DNA of 64,000 nt from Spirochaetia bacterium (GTDB lineage: Bacteria > Spirochaetota > Spirochaetia > DSM-2461): assembly GCA_963668315.1 (NCBI GenBank), contig OY764216.1, positions 3,040,001 to 3,104,000 of the forward strand, given 5' to 3'. The stretch's first letter is position 1. The number at the start of each line of letters is the position of its first letter. The position numbers and the translations under genes are program-made. Under the pieces are notes generated by a model. The model had not been told where the DNA came from, searched no databases, and worked only from the letters and a program-made list of their open reading frames with translations. Of the stretch, positions 25,940 to 34,982 are shown in pieces.

Positions 25940-27210
25940 TGGGTGACGGAGATTTACAAGATTCGATAGTCCATGATAATATTTCTATCATGGACCATGA
26001 AGAACAGCAGGAAGAAAAGTCTCTCCTGGAAATGCTCCTTTTTGTCTGGAACATCGTATGGAGCTACAGGATTCTGATATTTATTTTAACATTTCTGGGG
26101 GCCGCTGGAACAGTAGGTTTTGCCGTGATGACAATACGTCTGCCCGTCGAAGAAAGCCCTATGCCGAATGTTTATCGCTCTTATACAAGGGTTATCATAC
26201 AGGAAAGCTCCTCGTCCGGGGGAGATAACATTGCTGCCATGATGGATATGATGGGCTTCAGTTCGTCGGGCAGTCAGCAGATGACGAACGGAAACCTGGC
26301 CCAAATGGTCTATTCCAGTTTCCCCTACGCAGACAGCGTAGCGGAAAGAATGAATTTCCCCGAAAAATATCATACCAAACCGGATAATAAGACAGCGTTA
26401 CGACGGATATTTTATGCGAGTTCCAGTTTCTCCTTTGACAATAGAACGAGAATTCTGCAGTTATCATATAACAGCACTGATAAATATTTTGCCACGGAAG
26501 TCGTGGAAGCCATGCTGGCCGAGCTGCAGAACTGGTTCATGGAGCAGGGCGGCGTGGCCAGTCAGAGTCAGCTGAGCAATATCGAATCAAAAATATTTGA
26601 TGTTTCCAAGGAAATCAGCCGTCTTGAAGATCAGATTAAGGAAATTCAGACTGAATATGGCGTATTGAATATCGAAGATCTCGCTGCTTCCCGTCAGTCC
26701 TTGAGTGACAGTCTGAATGAACAGCTCCTGGATCTCGATCTCCAGATCAGCCGTCAGACAAGCACACAATCCTCCTATTCCCCCATCGAGACCAGCGCCG
26801 TCAAGTCACTGCGTGCGCAGCGGGACGAAATTGCCAATACCCTCTATCGCCTGTCAAATGGTCTGCCCGTGGGGGGGCGTGTTTTTCCTCCCGTTGATGA
26901 ATTGCCCCAGTTGGCCCTGGATTTCAACCGGCTCCAGCTGCTCCTTCAGATTCAGGAAGGGATATATCAATCTCTGACGAGTCAATACGAGGTGCTGAAG
27001 CTTTCAGGGAACGGGTCTCTGGCATTGACCGTACTCGAGCCGGCGGAAGTCCCCCTGGAGAAATACGGCCCCAAAAGGAGCATGATATGCATTCAGGGCA
27101 CCATGGGAGCCTTCTTTTTCGGTGTGGCCCTTGCCTTTCTCTTTACCTTTCTCAAAACGATTAAAGCCAAGCGGGAAGAGAATCTGATTCCCCTGGATGA
27201 TGAAGAATAA
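25939..27210 (+). CDS. Polysaccharide co-polymerase / chain-length regulator (Wzz/GumC-like)
   Basis: Two TM helices flanking a long coiled coil; Pro-rich VLEPAEVP..KYGPKR precedes TM2. Confidence 0.8.
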   Translation: MGDGDLQDSIVHDNISIMDHEEQQEEKSLLEMLLFVWNIVWSYRILIFILTFLGAAGTVGFAVMTIRLPVEESPMPNVYRSYTRVIIQESSSSGGDNIAAMMDMMGFSSSGSQQMTNGNLAQMVYSSFPYADSVAERMNFPEKYHTKPDNKTALRRIFYASSSFSFDNRTRILQLSYNSTDKYFATEVVEAMLAELQNWFMEQGGVASQSQLSNIESKIFDVSKEISRLEDQIKEIQTEYGVLNIEDLAASRQSLSDSLNEQLLDLDLQISRQTSTQSSYSPIETSAVKSLRAQRDEIANTLYRLSNGLPVGGRVFPPVDELPQLALDFNRLQLLLQIQEGIYQSLTSQYEVLKLSGNGSLALTVLEPAEVPLEKYGPKRSMICIQGTMGAFFFGVALAFLFTFLKTIKAKREENLIPLDDEE

Positions 27211-27227
27211 AATTATACGACGAAGAG

Positions 27228-27266
27228 AAATAAAAAAAGACTTCCTTGGGAAGTCTTTTTTTATTT
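27228..27266. terminator. Bidirectional intrinsic terminator
   Basis: Perfect 18-bp inverted repeat AAATAAAAAAAGACTTCC-TTG-GGAAGTCTTTTTTTATTT between the convergent wzz-like gene and the tRNA. Confidence 0.85.
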
Positions 27267-27269
27267 AAG

Positions 27270-27342
27270 AGGCGCCGAGCGGACTCGAACCGCTGAATCA
27301 TGGATTTGCAATCCACTCCCTTAGCCGCTTGGGTACGGCGCC
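27270..27342 (-). tRNA. tRNA-Cys (GCA); CCA not encoded
   Basis: Reverse complement GGCGCCGTACCCAAGCGGCTAAGGGAGTGGATTGCAAATCCATGATTCAGCGGTTCGAGTCCGCTCGGCGCCT has an acceptor stem, anticodon GCA, a GGTTCGAGTCC T-arm and a U discriminator. Confidence 0.95.
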
Positions 27343-27358
27343 ATTTGAATGTAGGAAG

Positions 27359-27387
27359 AATATAACAGATCTATCCGTTAATGTCCA
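27359..27387 (-). promoter_or_regulatory. Putative promoter of tRNA-Cys
   Basis: Minus strand TGGACA-17 nt-TATATT with an extended TG. Confidence 0.55.
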
Positions 27388-27408
27388 CACCCTTTTGTAA
27401 AAAAAAGT

Positions 27409-27786
27409 CTAAAATGTAAAATCTTCCGGAAGGGGATTATAGTGCATATCAATACGTTCAATCGTCTTCTCATGGGGAAGGTGGAACAGGGTTTTAATCC
27501 TCTCATACTGATCATCATCAAACTCATCTCCATGATAAACAACGAACTTTTCCTTTTTCAGAAGATAGACGACTCTCCCCCTGGGGATGGAATCATATTC
27601 GGCCCTTAGATTCTGGGGCAGTTTCTCAAGTATTCCCCTTTTTGCCATTATGAACCAGGCGGCGTAATGTCCGACTTCATAGTCAATACTAATCCGTGTT
27701 TTCACTCCTTCGGACAGGGGGCTGTATTCGCAATGGAACAGTTTATCGTCATAACTCCAGAAAATACCGACGCAGGGTTCACTCAT
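27409..27786 (-). CDS. Hypothetical protein
   Basis: 125 aa ORF coupled to the upstream gene; motif-like VGIFW, GHY..W, EYDSIPRGRVVY and DMHY. Confidence 0.7.
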   Translation of the reverse strand: MSEPCVGIFWSYDDKLFHCEYSPLSEGVKTRISIDYEVGHYAAWFIMAKRGILEKLPQNLRAEYDSIPRGRVVYLLKKEKFVVYHGDEFDDDQYERIKTLFHLPHEKTIERIDMHYNPLPEDFTF

Positions 27787-29048
27787 CAGAAAACTCCTTT
27801 TGTTTCATTTAGAGAGCTGATTATCAGATCGTCAATGGAAAGGGCGCTGTTCAGCGCCAGCCTGCTCAGGGTCTCCCAGTTTTCCATTAGATTAAGCCTT
27901 TCGCTTGAGTAACTGAGGCGTAATCCCTTTTCGCCGTATTTATTGAGAAGGATAAGGCAGGGATCCGATGGATTAACAAATTCTTTTGGGCTGAGGGCAG
28001 GGTAGAGACCCGTTTTGCTCCAGCCCATAATGCTCTGCACCGAGCGGGAGAGAAGATAATCTTCTGCCGCCTGAGCTACAAGGGACGTATTATCTCTGAG
28101 GGGACGGGCAATGAGAGTGTAATCGTAAAGGGGAGTGATAAAATCGGGGTAGCACGTATAATCATCAAGAGCTATTTTGCTGGTTGATTCAATAAAAAAA
28201 TCGGCCCCGTCTCCGGAAGGATCGGCCGATGAGTGAAGAATGCCCATTTCTTTTAAGCTTCGGTTTAAAACGAGAGCTTTCTTGAGAGCTTCACGGCTGA
28301 GGTCAGGGGAGCTATTATAATAGTTTTCGAAAAGGGAGAAAGTCTTGTAATCATATACATTCCAGCTGTAACTGTGACTGGATTCACCCAGAATATCAGA
28401 CAGAACCATGGGGCGTATGTTTGAGCGCTTCGGAGCAAATAGAGATATTATGGAAAAGCCATAGTCCCTGGGAATCTCCGTTTTACCTTCGAGATCGGGT
28501 CGTGTCTCTTCGGGGAAAACAATAAGATGGGGTATCTCTTTTTTCTGATTAAATCGGTTCATAAGATCTCTGGCGGGATAAGCAGAGAGCAGAGGATTGA
28601 ACGACAGATTATGGAAACGGCAGAATTCCTCCAGCCTGTCCCTGGTGAAGGTATCATTCTCAGGCAGCAATACGGTGAGAGTTGTCTCTTCGGAAATCCT
28701 GCCCCAGATATCTATCCGGGTAGGATTTTCAAGGCGATTATCACCCCGGGAAAGGTAATAAATCCCGTCGGAAAAAACAAGCTTCAGCGTCTTCAGGAGA
28801 TTTTCCGGTTCTTCCAGTATAATGCTGTTCCTGCCCCCATAGGCCTCAATACGGTATACATCTTCGAAGAGGGGAATGATTTCTGAAACCACCACCGAGC
28901 CCTCTCGCAGGGGATTATCCGGAACAGCGTAATCAATCAATTCCTCCCGGTCGTAGCTATCGTAAAATTCTCCATTAATCCAGATATCAAGGGAAAAGAG
29001 GGGAATTGAAAATATCAGAAAGACTGTGGGGAGGATATGTCTTTTCAT
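27786..29048 (-). CDS. Exported hypothetical protein, C-terminal part loosely solute-binding-protein-like
   Basis: 420 aa, signal peptide, overlaps the rpiB stop. AQAAEDYLLSRSVQ...TGLYPA resembles an SBP C-terminal pattern. Confidence 0.55.
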   Translation of the reverse strand: MKRHILPTVFLIFSIPLFSLDIWINGEFYDSYDREELIDYAVPDNPLREGSVVVSEIIPLFEDVYRIEAYGGRNSIILEEPENLLKTLKLVFSDGIYYLSRGDNRLENPTRIDIWGRISEETTLTVLLPENDTFTRDRLEEFCRFHNLSFNPLLSAYPARDLMNRFNQKKEIPHLIVFPEETRPDLEGKTEIPRDYGFSIISLFAPKRSNIRPMVLSDILGESSHSYSWNVYDYKTFSLFENYYNSSPDLSREALKKALVLNRSLKEMGILHSSADPSGDGADFFIESTSKIALDDYTCYPDFITPLYDYTLIARPLRDNTSLVAQAAEDYLLSRSVQSIMGWSKTGLYPALSPKEFVNPSDPCLILLNKYGEKGLRLSYSSERLNLMENWETLSRLALNSALSIDDLIISSLNETKGVF

Positions 29049-29497
29049 ATTTGTCCGATCTTCATCATCTTATCGACACGACGCTGATGCCTTCCCCCCT
29101 CGAATTCCGCATCGATATAAGCATCGATTATCTGGGAAACCGGTTCTGGATAGGAGATGTGAGGACTGCCGCCGAAGGCTATAAAATTACAGTTATTGTG
29201 TTTTTTAGTCATGCCCGCCGCCCAGGCGTTCTGGGGAAGGGCACATCGGATCCCGGGCATTTTATTAGCCGAAATGGAAATGCCGATGCCGGTCGTACAC
29301 AGAAGGATACCGAACTCATAGTCCCCCTCTTCAATAAATCTGCGGCAGGCTTCTTCTGCTTTATCGGGGTAATCCATAGAGTCCGCCGTATTCACGCCGC
29401 AGTCCTCGATGGTATAGCCCCGGTTCTTCAGGTGTTCAATAATCACCCTTTTAAGATCCAGGGCTCCATGATCATTGCCTATGATGACTTTCTTCAT
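29045..29497 (-). CDS. rpiB: Ribose-5-phosphate isomerase B
   Basis: GNDHG, DYPD, CTTGIGISISANK, HNN and FEGGRHQRR. Confidence 0.95.
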   Translation of the reverse strand: MKKVIIGNDHGALDLKRVIIEHLKNRGYTIEDCGVNTADSMDYPDKAEEACRRFIEEGDYEFGILLCTTGIGISISANKMPGIRCALPQNAWAAGMTKKHNNCNFIAFGGSPHISYPEPVSQIIDAYIDAEFEGGRHQRRVDKMMKIGQI

Positions 29498-29526
29498 CGT
29501 ATATCTCCATTTATGTTAATAGGTTC

Positions 29527-29555
29527 ATTATAGCGGAAACCTTCCGGCTTGACAA
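29527..29555 (-). promoter_or_regulatory. Putative sigma70 promoter of rpiB
   Basis: Minus strand TTGTCA-17 nt-TATAAT. Confidence 0.65.
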
Positions 29556-29581
29556 TTAATTTGCCATTAAAGGATATGGTT

Positions 29582-30253
29582 CTACCGGTGTCTTTCCACG
29601 CCGATACGGGGGCAGAAGGGTGAAAGGGGACAGCGGGAGCAGTGGGGGGAGAGGGGTGTGCACTCTTTCTGCCCGAAAAGTACGAGGTCTTCATTAAGGG
29701 AAATCCAGTATTCAACGGGAAGTATCATACGGAGAGCTTTTTCCGTATCATCCGGTTTTGAGGTCTTTACCCACCCCATTCTGTTGGCTATACGGTGGAC
29801 ATGGATGTCGACGCATATCGCCGGAATTCCCCAGCCCAGACTTAATACGAGATTGGCCGTCTTAAGTCCGACTCCGGGCAGGGAGAGAAGATCTTCTCGG
29901 GTCCGGGGGACTTTCCCATCGTAACTCTCGATAAGAATAAGGCATATCTCCCTTATGGTTTCCCCCTTTTTTCTGAAAAACCCGGCGGGATAGATCAGTT
30001 CAGAAATCTCTTCCCCGGTTAACCGAGACATTTTTTCTACCCCATCGGCTCTTTCGAAGAGTTTTAAAGAACTTTCCAGGGTGACTTTATCCTTTGTCCT
30101 GAGGGAGATGATCGTGGATATCAGTACTTTGAACGGATCGGATGAGGCCATGCCGATTTCAGAGACAGAGGGCAATTCCCCTTTGACATGCTCTTCTATC
30201 CTTCCAAGAACATTCTGCCAGTAAGGGAAACTAAATTTTTTCAATGAGAACAA
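29582..30253 (-). CDS. nth: Endonuclease III
   Basis: HhH LPGVGLKTA, VDIHVHR and Fe-S motif C-x6-C-x2-C-x5-C. Confidence 0.93.
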   Translation of the reverse strand: MFSLKKFSFPYWQNVLGRIEEHVKGELPSVSEIGMASSDPFKVLISTIISLRTKDKVTLESSLKLFERADGVEKMSRLTGEEISELIYPAGFFRKKGETIREICLILIESYDGKVPRTREDLLSLPGVGLKTANLVLSLGWGIPAICVDIHVHRIANRMGWVKTSKPDDTEKALRMILPVEYWISLNEDLVLFGQKECTPLSPHCSRCPLSPFCPRIGVERHR

Positions 30254-30710
30254 TTCCCTGGGCTTCTATTGCATCGCCACGGCCCGTAGAGTCCTGTTTC
30301 TCCTTTGTTTTCGCTTTGACGGAAACTTCCGAAAGGGAAAGGCCCGTCAAGCGGGCCAGGGATGAGCGTATTTCATCGATATGAGGGCGCAGACGCGGGG
30401 TTTCCAGGATAACGGAGCTGTCTATATTCACCGGTCTCCATCCCTCAATCCTGAGTAATTCCATAATAGAGGAGAGGAGCATTTTACTGTCTGCATCTTT
30501 CCAGCGAACATCGCTCGGAGGGAAATGGCTTCCGATATCACCGAGAGCGGCGGCACCAAGGAGGGCGTCAATCAGGGCGTGAATCAGAACATCTCCGTCT
30601 GAATGGGCCTCGCATCCCTTTGACGAGGGTATATCCACCCCGCCGAGGATAAGAGGCCTTCCCTCGGTGAGCCGGTGAATGTCATATCCCTGACCTATCC
30701 GTATCGTCAC
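30231..30710 (-). CDS. ispF: 2-C-methyl-D-erythritol 2,4-cyclodiphosphate synthase
   Basis: RIGQGYDIH, HSDGDVLIHA, GDIGSHFP and SVKAKT. Confidence 0.97.
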   Translation of the reverse strand: MTIRIGQGYDIHRLTEGRPLILGGVDIPSSKGCEAHSDGDVLIHALIDALLGAAALGDIGSHFPPSDVRWKDADSKMLLSSIMELLRIEGWRPVNIDSSVILETPRLRPHIDEIRSSLARLTGLSLSEVSVKAKTKEKQDSTGRGDAIEAQGIVLIEKI

Positions 30711-31411
30711 AGGCTCTCCTCTTCCCGAAGGGTAATGCCCAGGGATGCCAGATCGGAGCGGTAAGTGATTTTGTCATTTTCCAGGTTTCCCTCGACCGTA
30801 TAGACGGGCCCCACAAAACGGTCCCATATCTCAGAATCATCGGTAAAAAGAACATCGGACAGGGAGGCCTTCCTGTGGGCATCAAGAAGGAGGTCGTATT
30901 TGAAGCCCTGGGGCGTCTGTGCTCCCTTGGTGAAGCGGCGGTCCAGATGGGTTACGATTTTTCCCTCGCCGTCTATTATTTTCATGGTATTTGTCGCCGG
31001 CTCAACCGGTATGCAGGCTTGCATGCCTCTGGTTTTCTCAAGCACCGCACCAATCGTTTCTGCCGAAACGAACGGGCGGGCTCCATCGTGAATGAGGATA
31101 TTATCCGGAGGGCTGTCTTTCAGGTATACCAGAGCGTTCATCACCGATTCCTGTCTGGTTTGTCCCCCGGAAATAAATTCTATCCCATCAAGTGTGCTGA
31201 GAATATCTTTCGTAACGGGAAGGTAGTCCGTGCGGCAGACAAGGATAATTCTTTCGAAAAGCCCTGTTTTCACGAAAGTTTCCACTCCGTGAAAAAGCAG
31301 GGGCCGATTGCGAAAGGTCATATACTCTTTTTTGATACCATGGCCCATGCGGGAACTGGAGCCTGCGGCCAGAATGACAGCCACATTCATGATGTTATCA
31401 GTCCGCTTCAA
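30707..31411 (-). CDS. ispD: 2-C-methyl-D-erythritol 4-phosphate cytidylyltransferase
   Basis: AAGSSSRMG, GGQTRQESV, HDGARP, QTPQGF and TDD; the start may be the second Met (MNVAV). Confidence 0.95.
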   Translation of the reverse strand: MKRTDNIMNVAVILAAGSSSRMGHGIKKEYMTFRNRPLLFHGVETFVKTGLFERIILVCRTDYLPVTKDILSTLDGIEFISGGQTRQESVMNALVYLKDSPPDNILIHDGARPFVSAETIGAVLEKTRGMQACIPVEPATNTMKIIDGEGKIVTHLDRRFTKGAQTPQGFKYDLLLDAHRKASLSDVLFTDDSEIWDRFVGPVYTVEGNLENDKITYRSDLASLGITLREEESL

Positions 31412-31901
31412 GCTGACAGAGGATCAGCTGTTCAATCTCTTTCTTGGACTTTCCCATGGAAGAGGATATTTCGTCAATGAGAAGTTTCTGAGCGTTGTCG
31501 AAAAGCTTACGTTCCTGTACGGGAAGCTCTTTGTTCTTGCTTCTGTGATATAAACGGGCTACAACAAGAGCGATATCCGTGACGGAACCGCTTTTAATAA
31601 GGTCCAGGTTCATATTGTACCGTTCTTTCCAGTCGGAAGGTGCGGTAGTCACGTTTTTATTGATTTCATCGAGGGCTTTCTGCGCTTCAGCGGGAGTGAC
31701 CACAGGCCGGACTCCTAAATCATCCACCTTGTTAACAGGAATATGAACGATCATATCATCGCTTGTTTCAAGATTGACAACGTAATACATGAGTTTGTTG
31801 CCCTTGAAAACACGTTCTTCGATTTTTTCTATTTTGCCTACGCCCTGAAGAGGATAAACGACGTAATCCCCTTCTGAAAAAGTGGTGATTTTCTTTGCCA
31901 T
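31398..31901 (-). CDS. carD: CarD family transcriptional regulator
   Basis: GDYVVYPLQGVG, WKERY and ERKLFDNA; classical carD-ispD-ispF order. Confidence 0.93.
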   Translation of the reverse strand: MAKKITTFSEGDYVVYPLQGVGKIEKIEERVFKGNKLMYYVVNLETSDDMIVHIPVNKVDDLGVRPVVTPAEAQKALDEINKNVTTAPSDWKERYNMNLDLIKSGSVTDIALVVARLYHRSKNKELPVQERKLFDNAQKLLIDEISSSMGKSKKEIEQLILCQLEAD

Positions 31902-31908
31902 GGGTACT

Positions 31909-31938
31909 ATTATACCTTAAAAAGGGGGTTAAGGTCAA
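31909..31938 (-). promoter_or_regulatory. Putative sigma70 promoter of carD operon (leaderless geometry)
   Basis: Minus strand TTGACC-18 nt-TATAAT, ending 7 nt before the ATG. Confidence 0.6.
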
Positions 31939-31962
31939 ATAGGGGGGAGTCGATAAGGAACT

Positions 31963-32787
31963 ATGACTGGAATAAAAGTAGGGGTTTTACTCTCGCTTAT
32001 GCTTTTCGGGTTCGTATCGTGCGGGAATGATCCGTTCGATGAGTACGAGTCCCTGGAAAAAGATATGAAAACTCTGGAAAAAACCGTCAAGGATTTAAGC
32101 GGCAGGAATCTGACATCGGAGGAAATCCTTGAGGGGCTTGGCGAGGGAGACCGTCTGGTTAAGAATCTGCAGGGCGGCCGTGATGAAATGGCCCGGGAGA
32201 GGGAGAAACTCATTTCCGAATCCTATGAGCTGAACGGCAAGCGTATTGAAGCGCTGGAAAAAGGACGGTTCTCCCTCTATGAAGGAATGGATGATTTTCT
32301 TGTGTGCTCCTATCGGATCTATGATGAAATCAAGAAAAACATGTATTACCACGAAAGGGAGTTGCTGAGCGGTACGCTGGAAAACGTTCAGAGGAATATC
32401 ATATCCCTCATCCAGAGAGATCCGCCCCATAGCGCCAAATCCTCTTTCAGCTATTATAAGAATATTCCGAGTATCACCAGTCAGACAGCCGACGATGAGG
32501 GTAACTGGTATTACACGATCAAAGTAAATATCGGATATAATTTTAATGAAAAAGATACTCAGACAATTTTAAATGCCAGCAAAGCAGCCCTGGGGGGGCT
32601 GATACGCTCTTATTTCAGTTCCATGACGAAAGAGGAGTCTCTGACCCGGGATGAGGCTCATATTAAGGCAGGGCTGGTCATGGTTCTGAATGAGTATCTC
32701 ATACAGTTTTCCCGATTCAAGGATAAAAAAATGGAAGGGGTCAAGCTGGTGACTTTCGACATGATTCAGTATTATGAATTTCAATAA
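31963..32787 (+). CDS. Lipoprotein with coiled coil and C-terminal FliL-like domain
   Basis: Lipobox FVSC. The C-terminus (KVNIGY...LIRSYFSSMTKEE...IKAGL...LNEYL...VKLVTF) resembles spirochaete FliL. Confidence 0.55.
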   Translation: MTGIKVGVLLSLMLFGFVSCGNDPFDEYESLEKDMKTLEKTVKDLSGRNLTSEEILEGLGEGDRLVKNLQGGRDEMAREREKLISESYELNGKRIEALEKGRFSLYEGMDDFLVCSYRIYDEIKKNMYYHERELLSGTLENVQRNIISLIQRDPPHSAKSSFSYYKNIPSITSQTADDEGNWYYTIKVNIGYNFNEKDTQTILNASKAALGGLIRSYFSSMTKEESLTRDEAHIKAGLVMVLNEYLIQFSRFKDKKMEGVKLVTFDMIQYYEFQ

Positions 32788-32830
32788 AACGGCGGATTCG
32801 AAGCAAGCTGCATAAATCTTCGGCAATCAC

Positions 32831-32859
32831 TTGACTTTTTTGCTGCGGCAAGGTATTAT
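32831..32859 (+). promoter_or_regulatory. Putative sigma70 promoter of rimP-nusA-infB operon
   Basis: TTGACT-17 nt-TATTAT. Confidence 0.7.
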
Positions 32860-32886
32860 CTAATTACAATTTAAGCACCGGAGAAG

Positions 32887-32914
32887 AAGAGCCCTGCAAA
32901 AGGCTCTTTTTTTT
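32887..32914 (+). terminator. Terminator-like hairpin in rimP leader (candidate attenuator)
   Basis: AAGAGCC-8 nt-GGCTCTT followed by a T tract, located downstream of the promoter and upstream of rimP. Confidence 0.65.
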
Positions 32915-32946
32915 ATGGTTTTATTTTTTATCATCCCTGCGATGGA

Positions 32947-33414
32947 ATGGAACGTGTTATGACCCTTGATGAACTGGAAAAAAATGAAGTGTTGCCTCTT
33001 CTCGAGAAAATGGGGTATTCTCTTGTGGAATTATCTCAGTCTTCCCGGAAAGGAAGCCTTACTCTTCATATCGTTGTTTATAAGCAGGACGGCGTATCCA
33101 TTGACGATTGTACCAAAATTCACAGAGCCCTTACTCCTCGGCTGGAAATGGTAATGGCTCCCGCCGATCTCTATATTGAGATCAGTTCTCCCGGATTAAG
33201 CCGGAAATTCAAGTCCGAGAAAGAGTATGCCGCCTTTAAGGGAAGGGCTGTCAAAGTCCTTCGGGACGGCATGAATGAATGGGACCGGGGTGTTATATCC
33301 GAGGTCGATGATAAAAGTGTAACCCTGACTCTTCCGGAGGGAGAGACGTTGAATATAGCCTTTAGTACGATAAAAAAGGGGAAATTTGATTATGAAAGAG
33401 AGAACCGGAAATGA
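32947..33414 (+). CDS. rimP: Ribosome maturation factor RimP
   Basis: GVSIDDCT and IEISSPGLSR; first gene before nusA. Confidence 0.93.
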   Translation: MERVMTLDELEKNEVLPLLEKMGYSLVELSQSSRKGSLTLHIVVYKQDGVSIDDCTKIHRALTPRLEMVMAPADLYIEISSPGLSRKFKSEKEYAAFKGRAVKVLRDGMNEWDRGVISEVDDKSVTLTLPEGETLNIAFSTIKKGKFDYERENRK

Positions 33415-34934
33415 TTTCTGATTTTGCCGATGCTATCAGAGGATTGCAGGACGAGCGCGGAATCTCCGAGGAATTGGTCCTTAAGACCGTAGAGGAATTT
33501 CTGCTGGCCGCTTACAAGCGCAAATTCGGCACTGATGAAAATGCCGTTGTCAAGTTTGATCTGGAGAATACCGGTGTAGCCATATATGCGAAGAAGCGGA
33601 TTGTCGATGAGGATGACTTCTATGATCCGGTCTCCGAAATCGTTCTTGAGGAGGCTCTGGAACTCAGTGAAGAGTGTGAACTCGGCGATGAGCTCCTTAT
33701 CGAAATCGACACCAGCGAATTCGATCGTGTCGCCGTTCAGAGCGCCAAGCAGAAAGCCCGTCAGAATCTCCGGGAGATTCAGAAGGATACTCTTTATTCA
33801 GAGTTCAAGGATAAAGAGGGTGAAATGATTATCGGTTATTATCAGAGGGAGAAAAACGGAAATATTTTCGTTGACCTCGGTAAGACGGAAGGTATTCTTC
33901 CCCGTAAGTATCAGTCCCCCCGTGAAGAGTATACCCAGGGAGACAGAATCAAAGCGTATATCTTTGAAGTGAACAAGACTCAGAGCGGTCTTCAGATCGT
34001 TCTTTCCAGAACTCATACGGAATTTGTCCGCTGTCTCTTTGAACTGGAAGTGCCTGAGATCTATGACAATACGGTTGAAGTTCATAAAATTGTACGGGAG
34101 CCGGGATACAGGACGAAAATCGCTGTTTATTCCAATCGGGATGAAGTTGATCCCATTGGCGCCTGCGTCGGCCTTAAGGGAGTGAGAATCCAGTCCATCG
34201 TAAGAGAGCTTGAAGGGGAAAAGATCGATATTCTCCGTTATGATCCGGAACCGACGGTTTTTATCAAAAATGCTCTGTCTCCGGCAAGGGTTCTCGATGT
34301 AATTGTCCTCAGCGGTTCCAAGAGACAGGCGCTCGCCATTGTTCCCGATGATCAGCTTTCCCTGGCAATCGGAAAGCAGGGGCTCAATGTCAGACTGGCG
34401 AACAGGCTGGCTGACTGGAACATAGATGTGAAAACCGAAGAGCAGTTCTCCGAGATGGAATATTCTCAGGAAATCAGCCGCGAAGCATCCTCTCTCTTTG
34501 AAGATATGGATGAAGAGGGTGAGGAAATCACCCGCATTTCCGAGCTGCCCGGTCTTTCTCCGAGATTGGGTTCCATACTGGTTGAAAACGGCATTGAGAT
34601 GATTGAGTCTCTCGTGGCTCAGAACTTGGATGAGCTATCCTCCATACAGGGTATAACCGATGAGGATATCGATGAAATCCGCGGTATCATTGAAGAGACT
34701 GTGGAGATCGTCGAGGAAGAGGGTGCCTATGAGGAAAACATGGAATCCGAAGACGTCGAAGCCGAAGAGGACGATGTCTACGAAGAGGAAGGCGATGAGT
34801 ATGAATGTCCCGAATGCGGCGGCGTGATTACTCTCGATATGGAGGTTTGTCCCAACTGCGGTGTGGGATTAAGCTTCGAGATTGAAGACGAAGAAAACGA
34901 AACATTAGATGATGAGGGAGAAGATGAGGAATAG
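33411..34934 (+). CDS. nusA: Transcription termination/antitermination factor NusA
   Basis: FDRVAVQSAKQ, REPGYRTKIAV, DPIGACVG and AIGKQGLNVRLA; acidic C-terminal extension. Confidence 0.97.
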   Translation: MISDFADAIRGLQDERGISEELVLKTVEEFLLAAYKRKFGTDENAVVKFDLENTGVAIYAKKRIVDEDDFYDPVSEIVLEEALELSEECELGDELLIEIDTSEFDRVAVQSAKQKARQNLREIQKDTLYSEFKDKEGEMIIGYYQREKNGNIFVDLGKTEGILPRKYQSPREEYTQGDRIKAYIFEVNKTQSGLQIVLSRTHTEFVRCLFELEVPEIYDNTVEVHKIVREPGYRTKIAVYSNRDEVDPIGACVGLKGVRIQSIVRELEGEKIDILRYDPEPTVFIKNALSPARVLDVIVLSGSKRQALAIVPDDQLSLAIGKQGLNVRLANRLADWNIDVKTEEQFSEMEYSQEISREASSLFEDMDEEGEEITRISELPGLSPRLGSILVENGIEMIESLVAQNLDELSSIQGITDEDIDEIRGIIEETVEIVEEEGAYEENMESEDVEAEEDDVYEEEGDEYECPECGGVITLDMEVCPNCGVGLSFEIEDEENETLDDEGEDEE

Positions 34935-34982
34935 GTCCGCCGGATTATCTCCCGTCGGAAACCGGCCTTAAATCAGGGGTAT

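Noticed and set aside
27228..27420. tRNA-Cys as an integration site for an island or prophage
   Set aside because: No integrase is present and I saw no duplicated tRNA 3' end in the window.
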